A DNA stretch of 46,987 nucleotides from Specibacter sp. Lineage in GTDB: Bacteria; Actinomycetota; Actinomycetes; Actinomycetales; Micrococcaceae. This document shows, in pieces, positions 10,682 to 20,832 of this stretch. The position numbers and the translations under genes were made by a program. The notes beneath the pieces are model-generated. The model was not told the origin of the DNA. It worked only from the letters and a program-made list of their open reading frames with translations, and searched no databases. Position 1 is the stretch's first letter, and the number at the start of each line of letters is the position of its first letter. Where the stretch lies: the NCBI GenBank assembly GCA_049578485.1, contig JBAUMA010000304.1, positions 1 to 46,987 of the forward strand, read 5' to 3'.

Positions 10682-10733
10682 ACGCTGTCTCACTTTTGGC
10701 GCATTTTTCGGCAACGCCGTCTCACTTTTGGTG
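10682..10733. repeat. Two 20-nt direct repeats (ACGCYGTCTCACTTTTGGYG), period 32
   Basis: Copies at 10682-10701 and 10714-10733 in the convergent dhaM/mutY spacer. Confidence 0.7.
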
Positions 10734-10759
10734 GGAGCGCCGGGGGAGCGAGACTCCGA

Positions 10760-10783
10760 GATCTCGACAGGCTCGATCACCGG
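10760..10783. repeat. REP-like element family B, copy 1 (GATCTCGACAGGCTCGATCACCGG)
   Basis: Identical 24-mer at 33794-33817 and a 16-nt partial copy at 13907-13922. Confidence 0.85.
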
Positions 10784-10792
10784 TGCCTTCGA

Positions 10793-11725
10793 TCAACGCG
10801 GCAGCTGGTAGCCGTCGTCGGAAAGTTGGGCCAGGCCGTCGGCTACCAGGCCGGCCAGGGCGCGCTGGAGCTGGGGTGCGTGGGTGTTGAGATCGTGCAG
10901 CTTGGCGAGGGCCGCGGCAACCCCTGCGGGATGTGCGGTGTGCGCAACTGCGGCATCCAGTTCGACGGCGGGGCCCCACAACAACTCCGCGTGGACGGGC
11001 GATTCGGCGGCCCGCAGCACTGCCATGACCGCACCGCGGACCTGCCTATCCGTGCCCGCCCACGGCTGCCCCTTGGGAATGTAGGTGGGTTCGGGCTGGC
11101 CGGCGGCAATCCACGCGCACTGGTCCCGGACGGGGCAGAGATCGCACTTGGGGCTGCGGGCCGTGCAAATCAACGCGCCCAGCTCCATGACCCCGGCGTT
11201 CCATTCGACCGATTCGGCGCGATCGGCCGGCAACAGCTCGGCCGCAAGTTTCATCTCCGCGGAGGTAAGTGCGGGGGCGGGCAGCGCCTGGCCAATGACG
11301 AGCCGGGCGTGGACGCGCCGAATGTTCGTGTCGACCACGGTTTCGCGCCGACCAAAGGCAAAAGCCGCGACGGCGGCCGCCGTGTAGGTGCCGATGCCGG
11401 GCAGCGCCAAAAGTTCCTCAAACGTGTCCGGGACGGCGCCGTCGTGCTGTTCCACGATCACCGTGGCCGCTGCGTGCAGGCGCAGGGCCCGGCGCGGATA
11501 TCCCAGCCGCCCCCAGGCTCGCAGGATCTCGCCCTGGGATTCGGCGGCAAAACTGGCCGGTGTCGGCCACCGCTTCATCCACTCTTCCCAGACGGGTTGT
11601 ACCCGGACCACGGGCGTTTGCTGCAGCATGATCTCGCTGACCAGGATGCCCCACGGCGGGCAGTCCCCGCGCCAAGGCAGGTCCCTGGCCGTTTGCCGGA
11701 ACCATTGCCGGATTTCCTGGTGCAC
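10793..11725 (-). CDS. mutY: A/G-specific adenine DNA glycosylase MutY
   Basis: RDLPWR, LVSEIMLQQT, WGRLGYPRRA, HhH LPGIGTYTA, VVDTNIRRV and the 4Fe-4S motif C-TARSPK-C-DL-C-PVRDQ-C. Confidence 0.95.
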   Translation of the reverse strand: MHQEIRQWFRQTARDLPWRGDCPPWGILVSEIMLQQTPVVRVQPVWEEWMKRWPTPASFAAESQGEILRAWGRLGYPRRALRLHAAATVIVEQHDGAVPDTFEELLALPGIGTYTAAAVAAFAFGRRETVVDTNIRRVHARLVIGQALPAPALTSAEMKLAAELLPADRAESVEWNAGVMELGALICTARSPKCDLCPVRDQCAWIAAGQPEPTYIPKGQPWAGTDRQVRGAVMAVLRAAESPVHAELLWGPAVELDAAVAHTAHPAGVAAALAKLHDLNTHAPQLQRALAGLVADGLAQLSDDGYQLPR

Positions 11726-11869
11726 GTGGTGTCTCCTTCGTGCCGCAGTGACTGGTCTGCGGGCACTTCAACTGTAGCTGTGGGGCGCGGATCCCGCCGG
11801 GCAAGATCACACGTCGAACCGGCGGCGTGGTTGGTGTGGAGGGCGCCGGGACTTCGCTACGCTTGAAAT

Positions 11870-12535
11870 GTGGCTACATCAGGGAACGACGGGCAGGGCG
11901 GCAGCGCGCGCCAGCCTGCCCGCAAGCCGCAGGTCTCCGCAAAGGTTTACCGCCGACGACGGCAGGTGGTTGCCGTGCTGGCCGTCATCGTGCTCGGCGC
12001 ATTGATTGCCGGGGCCTTTGCCCTGGCCAACTTCCTGGGTGCGGGCACGGCCCCGGAAGCCGCTGGGCAGGCCGGTGCCGGTTCATCCGCGACGGCCAAA
12101 CCGGCCGCGAATCCAGTGGCGAAGCCGGGGACTCCGGCGTCGGCCGTGTGCGATGAGGCCGGAATCAAGGTCAGCGGCGCCGTGGACAAGACCTCCTACC
12201 CGGAGGGGGAGGACCCCAAGCTGACGCTGCGGGTGACAAACACCGGCAACGCGCCGTGCGACATCAACGTTGGCACCAGCCAGATGGAGTTCAAGATCAC
12301 CAGCGGCGAGGACGCAGTGTTCAGCTCCAAGGACTGCCAGGCGGACTCAACGAACCTGGTCAAGAACTTGTTGCCGGGCACCTCGGAAACCGCCAACTTC
12401 ACCTGGAAGCGCAACCGCAGCGCCCCGGGATGCGCCAAGGTCGAGGCGCAACCAGGCGGCGGGGGAGCCACCTACGTGTTTGTGGCGACGCTGGGCAAGT
12501 GGTCGAGCACGAAGGTCGTGTTCGAGCTGCAATAG
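11870..12535 (+). CDS. Conserved actinobacterial membrane protein between mutY and disA
   Basis: VYRRRR plus one TM helix, then an Ig-like domain with four Cys. TACGCT lies 6 nt before the GTG, suggesting a leaderless transcript. Confidence 0.75.
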   Translation: MATSGNDGQGGSARQPARKPQVSAKVYRRRRQVVAVLAVIVLGALIAGAFALANFLGAGTAPEAAGQAGAGSSATAKPAANPVAKPGTPASAVCDEAGIKVSGAVDKTSYPEGEDPKLTLRVTNTGNAPCDINVGTSQMEFKITSGEDAVFSSKDCQADSTNLVKNLLPGTSETANFTWKRNRSAPGCAKVEAQPGGGGATYVFVATLGKWSSTKVVFELQ

Positions 12536-12566
12536 CTCCTGTTCAACCGGACCGGTCCTTTGCGCC

Positions 12567-13634
12567 TTACAGGAATCTGTCCAAAAGGCTTGCCTCGGCA
12601 ATGCGGGACAAACCCTCACGCACCGTGCGGGCCCGCAGCTCGCCAATGCCGTCAACCACCATGAGCTCGTCAATCGTGGCGGCCATCAGGTCCTGCAGGC
12701 CGCCAAAATGATCCACGAGCCGGCCGGCAACGGCCTTCGGCACGGCCTTCAGTCCGGAAACCAGGCGGTAGCCGCGGGGCTGGATGATCATTTCAAGGGA
12801 GTCAGCTGTGGGCAGGCCCACGATGCCGGCGATCAGGTTCAAATCGATCAGGTCGGCCTGGTCAATGTCCTGCAGGGCGGCGACGGCGGCATCAACGTCG
12901 GTGACCAGCGGGTCCGTGTAGTCGCGGATCACCATGTCGGCACCCGAGCCGCGCGTGGCCGAAAGCTCGTCCAACTGGAGCGACAAGAGCCGGCCGTCCG
13001 CGCCAAGTTCCAGTACGTACTGGGCAATTTCCTCGGAAATGCGGCGCACCATCTCATGGCGCTGCAAGGTCACGGCGACGTCGCGAACGGTCACCATGGC
13101 CTCAATCTCCAAGGCCGAGAGCGAGCTTGTCACCTGGTCCAGTCGGGCACGGTAGCGTTCCAGCGTGGCAAGGGCCTGGTTGGCGCGGGCCAGCACTTTT
13201 TCCGAACCCTCCAGGACGTAGCGCAGCCCATCCACGTACAGGGCAATGATTTGCATGGACTGGCTCACCGAAACCACGGGAAGGCCAGTCTGGATGGCGA
13301 CGCGCTCGGCCGTGCGGTGGCGGGTGCCTGACTCCTGGGTTTCAATGCTCGGATCCGGCACCAGCTGCACTGCGGCACGCAGGATCTTGGTAACATCCTT
13401 GTCGCAAACAATGGCGCCGTCCATCTTGGCCAGTTCGCGCAGGCGGGTGGGGGCAAAATCGATGCCGATCTCAAACCCGCCGGAGCACAAGCTCTCCATC
13501 GTCTTGTCCATGCCAAGCACAATGAGGGCCCCCGTGCGGCCACGAAGAATTCGTTCAAGGCCATCTCGCAGCGGGGTCCCCGGGGCAACACGGGCGAGAG
13601 TGGCCTTGAGGGCCTCTTCGGGGCTGCGAAGCAT
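12567..13634 (-). CDS. disA: DNA integrity scanning diadenylate cyclase DisA
   Basis: APGTPLRDGLERI, catalytic DGA (KMDGAIV) and RHR (GTRHRTAER), C-terminal HhH VDGIG; located downstream of radA. Confidence 0.96.
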   Translation of the reverse strand: MLRSPEEALKATLARVAPGTPLRDGLERILRGRTGALIVLGMDKTMESLCSGGFEIGIDFAPTRLRELAKMDGAIVCDKDVTKILRAAVQLVPDPSIETQESGTRHRTAERVAIQTGLPVVSVSQSMQIIALYVDGLRYVLEGSEKVLARANQALATLERYRARLDQVTSSLSALEIEAMVTVRDVAVTLQRHEMVRRISEEIAQYVLELGADGRLLSLQLDELSATRGSGADMVIRDYTDPLVTDVDAAVAALQDIDQADLIDLNLIAGIVGLPTADSLEMIIQPRGYRLVSGLKAVPKAVAGRLVDHFGGLQDLMAATIDELMVVDGIGELRARTVREGLSRIAEASLLDRFL

Positions 13635-13850
13635 TGGCGAATCCTTTTTTTCAAGCGCGGGAATCCGAGCAAGTCACTCTGCCCATGATAGTGGGAACTT
13701 GCGGGTTTTGCGGTCCCGCACGCCAGTTTGGCGGGAGCTGCGGGGCGATAGGGCATTTTCGGGCAAAATTGGGCCAAAATCCGGGTTGGGGGGACGGATT
13801 GGCGGGCAAATTGGTGGCCTGGGTGCTGGCTCCGCCCACCGGATCTCGCT

Positions 13851-13922
13851 CCCCAGCCGCTCCTTGACCTCGCAAGCTCGGTCTGGTGCCCTCGCGGCCG
13901 TGGCCCCAGGCTCGATCACCGG
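13851..13922. repeat. Composite repeat: family C element fused to a partial family B element
   Basis: 13851-13909 aligns with 20765-20823 (CCCCAGCC...CCTCG..CTCGG...CCCTCGC.G.CGTGG.CCCAG). 13907-13922 matches family B. Confidence 0.65.
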
Positions 13923-13923
13923 A

Positions 13924-15315
13924 TTAGCCGTGGAGCAGCAGCTCGGTGGCCTCGGCAATGTGTTCGATTTCCTTCACAGTGAAGTTCGGCGGAATTTCGC
14001 CCGGCCCGTTCGGGCTCTTGGGCACCAGGGCGTGCGTGAATCCCAGCCGGTATGCCTCCTGGATGCGCTGGTTGATGCCCGGCACCGGGCGGACTTCCCC
14101 GGCCAGGCCAACCTCGCCAAAGGCCACCATCTTGTGGTGCACGGGCTTGTTGACCTTGGCCGAGACGATGGCCATGGAAACCGCCAGATCCATGGCAGGC
14201 TCGCTCAACCGCGCCCCGCCTACCGTCGCCACGTAGCTGTCGTCGGCATCCAACCGCACGCCGGCGCGCTGTTGCAGCACGGCCAGCAGCATGCCCACCC
14301 GGGTGGAATCGAGCCCGCTGACGGTCCGGCGCGGCTGGGAACCCATGGACGGGGTCAACAAGGACTGCACCTCCGCCAAAAGGGGGCGCCGGCCCTCCAT
14401 GGTGACGGTGATGCACGTTCCGGACACGGGTTGGCTGGTGCGGGAGGTGAAAAGACCGCTCGGATCGGCCAGCCCCTCAATGCCGTCGTCGGTCAGGTCA
14501 AAACAGCCCACCTCGTCGGTTTGCCCGTACCTGTTTTTCACTGCCCGCAGCAGGCGCAGGCGCGAGTGGCGTTCGCCGTCGAACTGGCACACCACGTCCA
14601 CCAGGTGCTCCAGGAGTCGCGGCCCGGCAATGGAGCCGTCCTTGGTCACGTGCCCCACCAGCAGCGTGGTCATGTTCAGGCGCTTCGCCGCGGCAATGAG
14701 GGAGGCCGCCACCTCGCGCACCTGGGAGACGCCGCCGGCGCTGCCATCGACCATGGCGCTGCTGAAGGTTTGCACGGAGTCCACGATCAACAGCGTGGGC
14801 TGCACGGCCTCGACCTGACCCAGTGCAGTGCCCAAATCCGTTTCGGCACCCAAATACAGGGTGTCGGCAACGGCGCCAATCCTTTCGGCCCGAAGTTTCA
14901 CCTGGGCCGCGGACTCCTCGCCCGTCAGGTACAGCACCTTTTGCGGTTCGCGGCCGTGCTCGTTCCGGGCAAACTTCGCGGCCACATCCAGCAACAGCGT
15001 GGACTTGCCCACCCCGGGTTCGCCGGCGAGCAGGATCACGGCGCCGGGCACCATGCCCCCACCAAGCACGCGGTCCAGTTCGGGCACACCTGTGAGGTTG
15101 TGGGCGGCCTTGGACGCGTCCACTTCGGAGATGAGCTGCGCCGGGCGGACCACTGTGGTGGCCGCCGTGGTCCGCACAACAACCGTGCCAATCTCCTCCA
15201 GCGTGCCCCAGGCCTGGCATTCGCCGCAGCGGCCCACCCACTTGACCGCCGTCCAGCCACATTCGCCGCAGCGAAAGTTTTGCCCGGTGTTGGTCTTTGC
15301 CGTTTTTGTTGCCAT
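13924..15315 (-). CDS. radA: DNA repair protein RadA/Sms
   Basis: Zn finger CGECG...WVGRCGECQAW, Walker A GEPGVGKST, KNRYG motif and Lon-like C-terminus GEVGLAGEVR. Confidence 0.97.
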   Translation of the reverse strand: MATKTAKTNTGQNFRCGECGWTAVKWVGRCGECQAWGTLEEIGTVVVRTTAATTVVRPAQLISEVDASKAAHNLTGVPELDRVLGGGMVPGAVILLAGEPGVGKSTLLLDVAAKFARNEHGREPQKVLYLTGEESAAQVKLRAERIGAVADTLYLGAETDLGTALGQVEAVQPTLLIVDSVQTFSSAMVDGSAGGVSQVREVAASLIAAAKRLNMTTLLVGHVTKDGSIAGPRLLEHLVDVVCQFDGERHSRLRLLRAVKNRYGQTDEVGCFDLTDDGIEGLADPSGLFTSRTSQPVSGTCITVTMEGRRPLLAEVQSLLTPSMGSQPRRTVSGLDSTRVGMLLAVLQQRAGVRLDADDSYVATVGGARLSEPAMDLAVSMAIVSAKVNKPVHHKMVAFGEVGLAGEVRPVPGINQRIQEAYRLGFTHALVPKSPNGPGEIPPNFTVKEIEHIAEATELLLHG

Positions 15316-15379
15316 GGTTCAACCCTAGCGCCGGGCACCGACACCGGCGTATCCGTAGCAGCCGGGCTGTGCAAAAGTA

Positions 15380-16507
15380 CTACAACTTCGGCAGCAGGTC
15401 CCGGGCCTCCACCGGGTCCATCTTTGCCGTCTCCAACAAGTCCACCATTAGCGTCCTGAACAGCAGCACCACGGCTTCGCCCTCCATGCGGGTGATTTCC
15501 AGCCTGGCCGGATGCAGCCGCATGGCGATGTCGGCCAGGGAGTCCCTGGCATGGCTGAGCGAGGACTTTCCGGCGCCGGAGGGATCATGGGCCAGTGCCG
15601 CGGCGAGCTCCTCGACGGCGGCCGCGGACTCGCTCAGCACCTCGGCAAGGTGGACGGTGCCGGTATCGGAGAGTGCGGCATTGTTGATCGCACTTGTCAG
15701 CCGGCGGGCCAGGATCCGGGCCGACCGCATGGCATAGTCCACCCGTTCCATGAGCTTGGCCAGGCCCTCCACCTCGTCCAGGTGGCGGCGGTACAACGGC
15801 GAAAGCCGGGCAATCTCAACGGAACTCCGAAGCCCCTGGCGCATGGAGTCAATGCGGGGCTGCTGGTTGCGGGCACGGACCAGGGCGTGCCAGGCCGTGG
15901 TGGCGTCGTTGTAGGACAGGGCGGAGGCGCATTCACGCAGCACAATGGCCAGCTCGCCGAGCATGATCTTCAAATCGTCCTTGGGCTCGCGCCGCGGATC
16001 CCGGGGGATCAGCAACGTGGCCGCCAGGGCAAAACAACCGCCGACGACGGCGTCGATGCTGCGCGTGAACGGCCCGCCTGCCGGGATGGGCAACAACACC
16101 ACCAGCAAGGATTGCAGCGCCAACTGGGTGGTGAAGATGGCCCCGCTGTCCAGGAACCTGGCCAGGAGCACGGAAAGGAACACCACCAGGGCCGCCTGCC
16201 ATATGCCCGAACCCAGCCAATGCAGCAGCGTGTCACCGACAGCAATGCCGATGGTGCAGCCCAGGCCCACCTCCAACACCCGGCGCAGGCGGGGATCCCG
16301 CGAAAACCCCAGGGCGATGATGGCGCTGGTCGCGGCGAACAAGGGACCGTGGTGGCCCAGCACGCGTTCGGAGAAAAAGTAGGCGCCCACGGCGCAGACG
16401 GTGATCAGCAGGGCAGGCAGCACCGAGTTGAAACTGCGTCGCAGCCCCAAACGGACACGCCGCTTCAGAAACAACACTGTCGCGGCGGGCCTGGCTGACT
16501 CTGGCAT
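15380..16507 (-). CDS. FUSC/aromatic acid exporter family membrane protein
   Basis: GHHGPLFAATSAIIALG...RRVLEVGLGCTIGIAVGD, TRSIDAVVGG and a helical C-terminus. TAGACT lies 7 nt before ATG 16507. Confidence 0.8.
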   Translation of the reverse strand: MPESARPAATVLFLKRRVRLGLRRSFNSVLPALLITVCAVGAYFFSERVLGHHGPLFAATSAIIALGFSRDPRLRRVLEVGLGCTIGIAVGDTLLHWLGSGIWQAALVVFLSVLLARFLDSGAIFTTQLALQSLLVVLLPIPAGGPFTRSIDAVVGGCFALAATLLIPRDPRREPKDDLKIMLGELAIVLRECASALSYNDATTAWHALVRARNQQPRIDSMRQGLRSSVEIARLSPLYRRHLDEVEGLAKLMERVDYAMRSARILARRLTSAINNAALSDTGTVHLAEVLSESAAAVEELAAALAHDPSGAGKSSLSHARDSLADIAMRLHPARLEITRMEGEAVVLLFRTLMVDLLETAKMDPVEARDLLPKL

Positions 16508-16577
16508 GCGGACAAGTCTATGCCGCGCCCGGCCTTCGGCGAGGCGGGACGCGGCCCCAGGCACCGGCGTCGTGCTT

Positions 16578-16621
16578 GATCACCAAGAATCCCATTAGCG
16601 TTAACCTGCCGTTCACTTGGG
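16578..16621 (+). promoter_or_regulatory. PHO-box-like 11-bp direct repeats upstream of pstS
   Basis: GATCACC (16578), GTTAACC (16600) and GTTCACT (16611) are in 11-bp phase and resemble the Streptomyces PhoP GTTCACC repeat unit. Confidence 0.65.
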
Positions 16622-16699
16622 GTGGGCCATGGCGTCACTTCGTCCTCGTAACTTCAGAGAGTAAGGAATCCAAAGACACCCACCGAAGAGGTAAATCGC

Positions 16700-17818
16700 G
16701 TGAAGGCACTTCACATTGGCCGCATTGCAGCAGTACTCACCGTCGGCGCGCTGGCACTGACAGCCTGCGGCACTGACAACGTCGTAAGCCCCGGCAACGG
16801 CGGCACCTCGGCAGCGGCCACCGGCGCTTCCGTTACCGGCACCCTGACCGGCACGGGCGCAACGTCCATCTCCGCAGCCATGGACGCCTGGACGGCCGGC
16901 TTCACGGCCAGCAACGCCAACGCCAAGATCCAGTACTCCCCCGAAGGCTCCGGCGCCGGCCGCAAGGCACTCATCGCAGGGGCCGTGCAGTTCGCCGGCT
17001 CCGACGCGTACATGAAGGACGCCGAGCTCACCGACGCGAAGGCCAAGTGCGGCCCCGACGGCGCCATCGACGTCCCCTGGTACATTTCCCCCATCGCCGT
17101 GACGTTCAACGTCCCGGGCGTGAAGGACCTCAAGCTCGACGCCGACACCATCGCGAAGATCTTCCGCGGCGAAATCAAGAACTGGAACGACGCCGCCATC
17201 AAGACCTCGAACCCGTCCGCCACGCTGCCGAACCTGGCGATCACCCCCGTGCACCGCTCGGACAACTCCGGCACCACGCAGAACTTCACCGACTACTTGG
17301 CGCAGGCCGCCAAGAGCGTCTGGAGCGATGCATCCTCCGGTGACTGGCCCTCCGCCCTGCCCGGCGAAAACGCCAAGGGCACCTCCGGCGTCGTGAAGAC
17401 CGTCACCGAGACCGCCGGCGCCATCACCTACGCCGACGACTCCGCCGTGACCGACGCCCTGGGCAAGGTGGAGCTGAAGGTTGGCGACGCCTACGTGCCC
17501 GTCAGTGCCGAAGCCGCCGCCAAGGCCGTTGACGACGCCACCGTGGTGACCGGCCGCAACGCCAGCGACCTGTCCCTGAAGCTCAACCGCACCACCACGG
17601 TTGCCGGCGCCTACCCGGCCGTCCTGGTCTCCTACGCCGTGTTCTGCGCCCACTACCCGGACGCCGCAACGGTCGACCTGGTCAAGGCATTCGGCAACTA
17701 CGCAGTCAGCGACGCCGGCCAGAAGCAGGCAGCGTCCGCAGCAAAGAGCGCCCCGCTCTCGGCCGCGCTCGCCGCCAAGGCCAAGGCTTCGATCGACTCC
17801 ATCACCGTCGCCAAGTAG
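16700..17818 (+). CDS. pstS: Phosphate ABC transporter substrate-binding lipoprotein PstS
   Basis: Lipobox LTAC, GSGAG, FAGSD and HRSDNSGTT. Confidence 0.95.
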   Translation: MKALHIGRIAAVLTVGALALTACGTDNVVSPGNGGTSAAATGASVTGTLTGTGATSISAAMDAWTAGFTASNANAKIQYSPEGSGAGRKALIAGAVQFAGSDAYMKDAELTDAKAKCGPDGAIDVPWYISPIAVTFNVPGVKDLKLDADTIAKIFRGEIKNWNDAAIKTSNPSATLPNLAITPVHRSDNSGTTQNFTDYLAQAAKSVWSDASSGDWPSALPGENAKGTSGVVKTVTETAGAITYADDSAVTDALGKVELKVGDAYVPVSAEAAAKAVDDATVVTGRNASDLSLKLNRTTTVAGAYPAVLVSYAVFCAHYPDAATVDLVKAFGNYAVSDAGQKQAASAAKSAPLSAALAAKAKASIDSITVAK

Positions 17819-17845
17819 CCAGGTACGAAAAACAAAGGGAATAGA

Positions 17846-18793
17846 TTGTCCACCACCAAGCTCGCCCCCAAAGCGGGAAGAGGGCAAGCCGGCTCGGGCC
17901 GCACCGGAGACAAAGTGTTCTCCGGTGCGGCGCTGGGCGCCGGCGTGCTGATTGTCGCCGTGCTGTTCGCGGTGGCCATGTTCCTGATCATCCAGGCACT
18001 TCCGACCTTTGCCGTGCCGGCGGCCGAGATCACGGGCGGCCACGGCTTCTTCTCCTACATCTTCCCGATTGTCATCGGCACGCTGATCGCGGCAACCATC
18101 GCCCTGATCATCGCCACGCCGATCGGTGTGGCCGTGGCCCTGTTCATCTCCCACTTCGCCCCCCGCCGGCTTGCCCGCGGACTCGGCTACGTGGTGGACC
18201 TGCTGGCCGCCATCCCCTCGGTGGTCTACGGTGCCTGGGGTGCCAGCTTCCTGGCCTCGCAGCTGAAGGGCCCCTACGCCTGGTTGGCTGACAACATGGG
18301 CTGGCTCCCGATCTTTGGCGGACCCGCCTCCGGCACGGGCAAGACCATCCTGACCGCCGGCATCGTCCTGGCCGTCATGGTTCTGCCCATCATCGCCTCC
18401 CTGACCCGGGAGATCTTCCTGCAGACGCCCATGCTGCACCAGGAAGCGGCACTCGCCCTGGGTGCCACCCGGTGGGAAATGATCCGCATGACCGTGCTGC
18501 CCTTTGCCCGTGGCGGCATTATCAGCGCCGTCATGCTCGGCTTGGGCCGTGCCCTCGGCGAGACCATGGCCGTGGCCCTCGTGCTGTCCTCCGGCCCCAT
18601 GATCGCTTCCCTGATCAGGTCCGGAAACCAGACCATCGCTGCCGAGATCGCCTTGAACTTCCCCGAAGCATTCGGCCTGCGCCTGAATGAACTCATTGCG
18701 GCCGGCCTGGTGCTGTTCCTCATCACCTTGGTCGTGAACATGGTGGCCCGCTGGATCATCAACCGCCACAAAGAATTCTCAGGAGCCAACTGA
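17846..18793 (+). CDS. pstC: Phosphate ABC transporter permease PstC
   Basis: DLLAAIPSVVYG, EAALALGATRWE and GLGRALGETMAV; TTG start. Confidence 0.95.
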   Translation: MSTTKLAPKAGRGQAGSGRTGDKVFSGAALGAGVLIVAVLFAVAMFLIIQALPTFAVPAAEITGGHGFFSYIFPIVIGTLIAATIALIIATPIGVAVALFISHFAPRRLARGLGYVVDLLAAIPSVVYGAWGASFLASQLKGPYAWLADNMGWLPIFGGPASGTGKTILTAGIVLAVMVLPIIASLTREIFLQTPMLHQEAALALGATRWEMIRMTVLPFARGGIISAVMLGLGRALGETMAVALVLSSGPMIASLIRSGNQTIAAEIALNFPEAFGLRLNELIAAGLVLFLITLVVNMVARWIINRHKEFSGAN

Positions 18794-19899
18794 TGGCCAC
18801 GCTCATGACAGAACGCAAGCGCTCCGCCCTGACGCGCGGCCGCCTGCCCAAGTACACCCCCTACGTGGTGGCCGGCTCCGCCATTGTGGTGGCCGCCGCC
18901 CTTATGTCCCTGGCCGGCTTCAACGTTTTTGGCTGGGCACTGCTGTCCGCCGTGCTCTTCGCAGCCGGCAATGTGACCAGCTCCGCCATTGTTGAAGGCC
19001 GCCGCAAGGCCGTGGACAAGCTCGCCACCTCACTGGTGGTTGGCGCGTTCCTGGTGGCCCTGCTGCCGCTGATCTCGGTCATCTGGACCGTGCTGGTCAA
19101 CGGCATCCCGGGCCTGTTGGCGCCGGGCTTCCTGACGACGTCGATGAACGGCGTGAGCGGCATCCAGGACAACGCGTCCACCACCAACCACACCCCGGTC
19201 CTGGGCGGCGTCTACCACGCGCTCCTCGGCTCGGTGCTAATCACCTTGTGGGCCACCTTGATCTCGGTTCCCGTGGGCCTGCTTACCTCGATCTACCTGG
19301 TGGAATACAGCGACGGCAACAAGTTCTCCAAGGTCATCACGTTCCTGGTGGACGTCATGACGGGCATCCCCTCGATCGTTGCCGGCCTGTTCGCTGCCGC
19401 GTTCTTCGCCATGATCATGGGCCCCGGAACCAAGACCGGGTTCGTGGCCGCCGTCGCACTTTCGGTGCTGATGATCCCCGTGGTGGTGCGCTCCAGCGAG
19501 GAAATGCTCAAGATTGTCCCGAACGAGCTGCGCGAGGCCGCCTATGCCCTGGGTGTCCGCAAGTGGCGCACCATCCTGAAGGTGGTCATTCCGACGGCGA
19601 TCTCCGGCATCGCCTCCGGCGTCACCTTGGCAATTGCCCGGGTCATTGGCGAAACGGCGCCGCTGCTGGTGACGGCAGGCTTCGCCACCTCCATCAACAC
19701 GAACGTGTTTGCCGGCTGGATGGCGTCCCTGCCCACGTTCATCTACACGCAGATCATGACGCCCACCTCGCCGTCCAACCCGGATCCGTCCACGCAGCGT
19801 GCCTGGGCCGCGGCGTTGCTGCTGATCATCCTGGTCATGCTCCTGAACCTCGGCGCCCGCCTGGTGGCCCGCATGTTCGCGCCCAAAACCGGCCGCTAA
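18793..19899 (+). CDS. pstA: Phosphate ABC transporter permease PstA
   Basis: MTGIPSIVAGLF, LREAAYALG, ARVIGETAPLL and RAWAAAL. Confidence 0.95.
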   Translation: MATLMTERKRSALTRGRLPKYTPYVVAGSAIVVAAALMSLAGFNVFGWALLSAVLFAAGNVTSSAIVEGRRKAVDKLATSLVVGAFLVALLPLISVIWTVLVNGIPGLLAPGFLTTSMNGVSGIQDNASTTNHTPVLGGVYHALLGSVLITLWATLISVPVGLLTSIYLVEYSDGNKFSKVITFLVDVMTGIPSIVAGLFAAAFFAMIMGPGTKTGFVAAVALSVLMIPVVVRSSEEMLKIVPNELREAAYALGVRKWRTILKVVIPTAISGIASGVTLAIARVIGETAPLLVTAGFATSINTNVFAGWMASLPTFIYTQIMTPTSPSNPDPSTQRAWAAALLLIILVMLLNLGARLVARMFAPKTGR

Positions 19900-19924
19900 C
19901 TTTTAGAAACGGAAATTCATTACT

Positions 19925-20704
19925 ATGTCCAAACGCATCGACGTCAGCGACCTCAACGTCTACTACAGCGACTTCCTGGCAGTGGAGGACGTCAACATCA
20001 CCCTTGATGCCAAGAGTGTCACCGCGTTCATCGGCCCGTCCGGTTGCGGCAAGTCCACGTTCCTGCGCACCTTGAACCGCATGCACGAGGTCATCCCCGG
20101 CGCCCGCGTTGAGGGCAAGGTGCTGCTGGACGGCGACAACCTCTACGGCGACGGCGTTGACCCGGTGACGGTCCGCAGCCAGATCGGCATGGTCTTCCAG
20201 CGGCCCAACCCGTTCCCCACCATGAGCATCCGCGACAACGTGCTGGCCGGTGTGAAGCTGAACAGCCGGCGCATGCCCAAGTCCGACGCCGATGAGCTCG
20301 TGGAGAAGTCCCTGCAGGGCGCCAACCTCTGGAACGAGGTCAAGGACCGCCTGGACAAGCCTGGCTCCGGCCTCTCCGGCGGACAGCAGCAGCGCCTGTG
20401 CATCGCCCGCGCCATTGCCGTTTCCCCGGACGTGATCCTCATGGACGAGCCCTGCTCGGCCCTTGACCCGATCTCCACGCTCGCCATTGAGGACCTCATC
20501 AACGAGCTCAAGGACGAATACACGGTGGTGATTGTCACGCACAACATGCAGCAGGCGGCCCGCGTCTCGGACAAGACGGCGTTCTTCAACATCGCCGGCA
20601 CCGGCAAGCCCGGCAAGCTGATCGAGTTCGCCGAAACCGCCACCATCTTCAACAACCCTGCCGAGAAGTCCACGGAAGACTACGTCTCCGGCCGCTTCGG
20701 GTAG
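19925..20704 (+). CDS. pstB: Phosphate ABC transporter ATP-binding protein PstB
   Basis: [39 protein letters not shown] and the YVSGRFG terminus. Confidence 0.97.
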   Translation: MSKRIDVSDLNVYYSDFLAVEDVNITLDAKSVTAFIGPSGCGKSTFLRTLNRMHEVIPGARVEGKVLLDGDNLYGDGVDPVTVRSQIGMVFQRPNPFPTMSIRDNVLAGVKLNSRRMPKSDADELVEKSLQGANLWNEVKDRLDKPGSGLSGGQQQRLCIARAIAVSPDVILMDEPCSALDPISTLAIEDLINELKDEYTVVIVTHNMQQAARVSDKTAFFNIAGTGKPGKLIEFAETATIFNNPAEKSTEDYVSGRFG

Positions 20705-20764
20705 TCCCCACCCGCCGGCCCGAACAATCGCTGGCGCGATTCTTCGGGAACCTGGCAGGCGGGG

Positions 20765-20823
20765 CCCCAGCCACCGGCCCAGCCTCGTTCCTCGGCCGGG
20801 GCCCCTCGCAGGCGTGGGCCCAG
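20765..20823. repeat. REP-like element family C, copy 2
   Basis: Diverged copy of 13851-13909 in the convergent pstB/SDR spacer. Confidence 0.6.
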
Positions 20824-20832
20824 TACTTTCCT

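Noticed and set aside
13246..15459. 737-aa plus-strand ORF
   Set aside because: Antisense shadow of radA/disA, typical of high-GC DNA; it has no recognisable motifs.
16613..18769. 718-aa minus-strand ORF
   Set aside because: Antisense shadow of the strongly codon-biased pstS and pstC genes.
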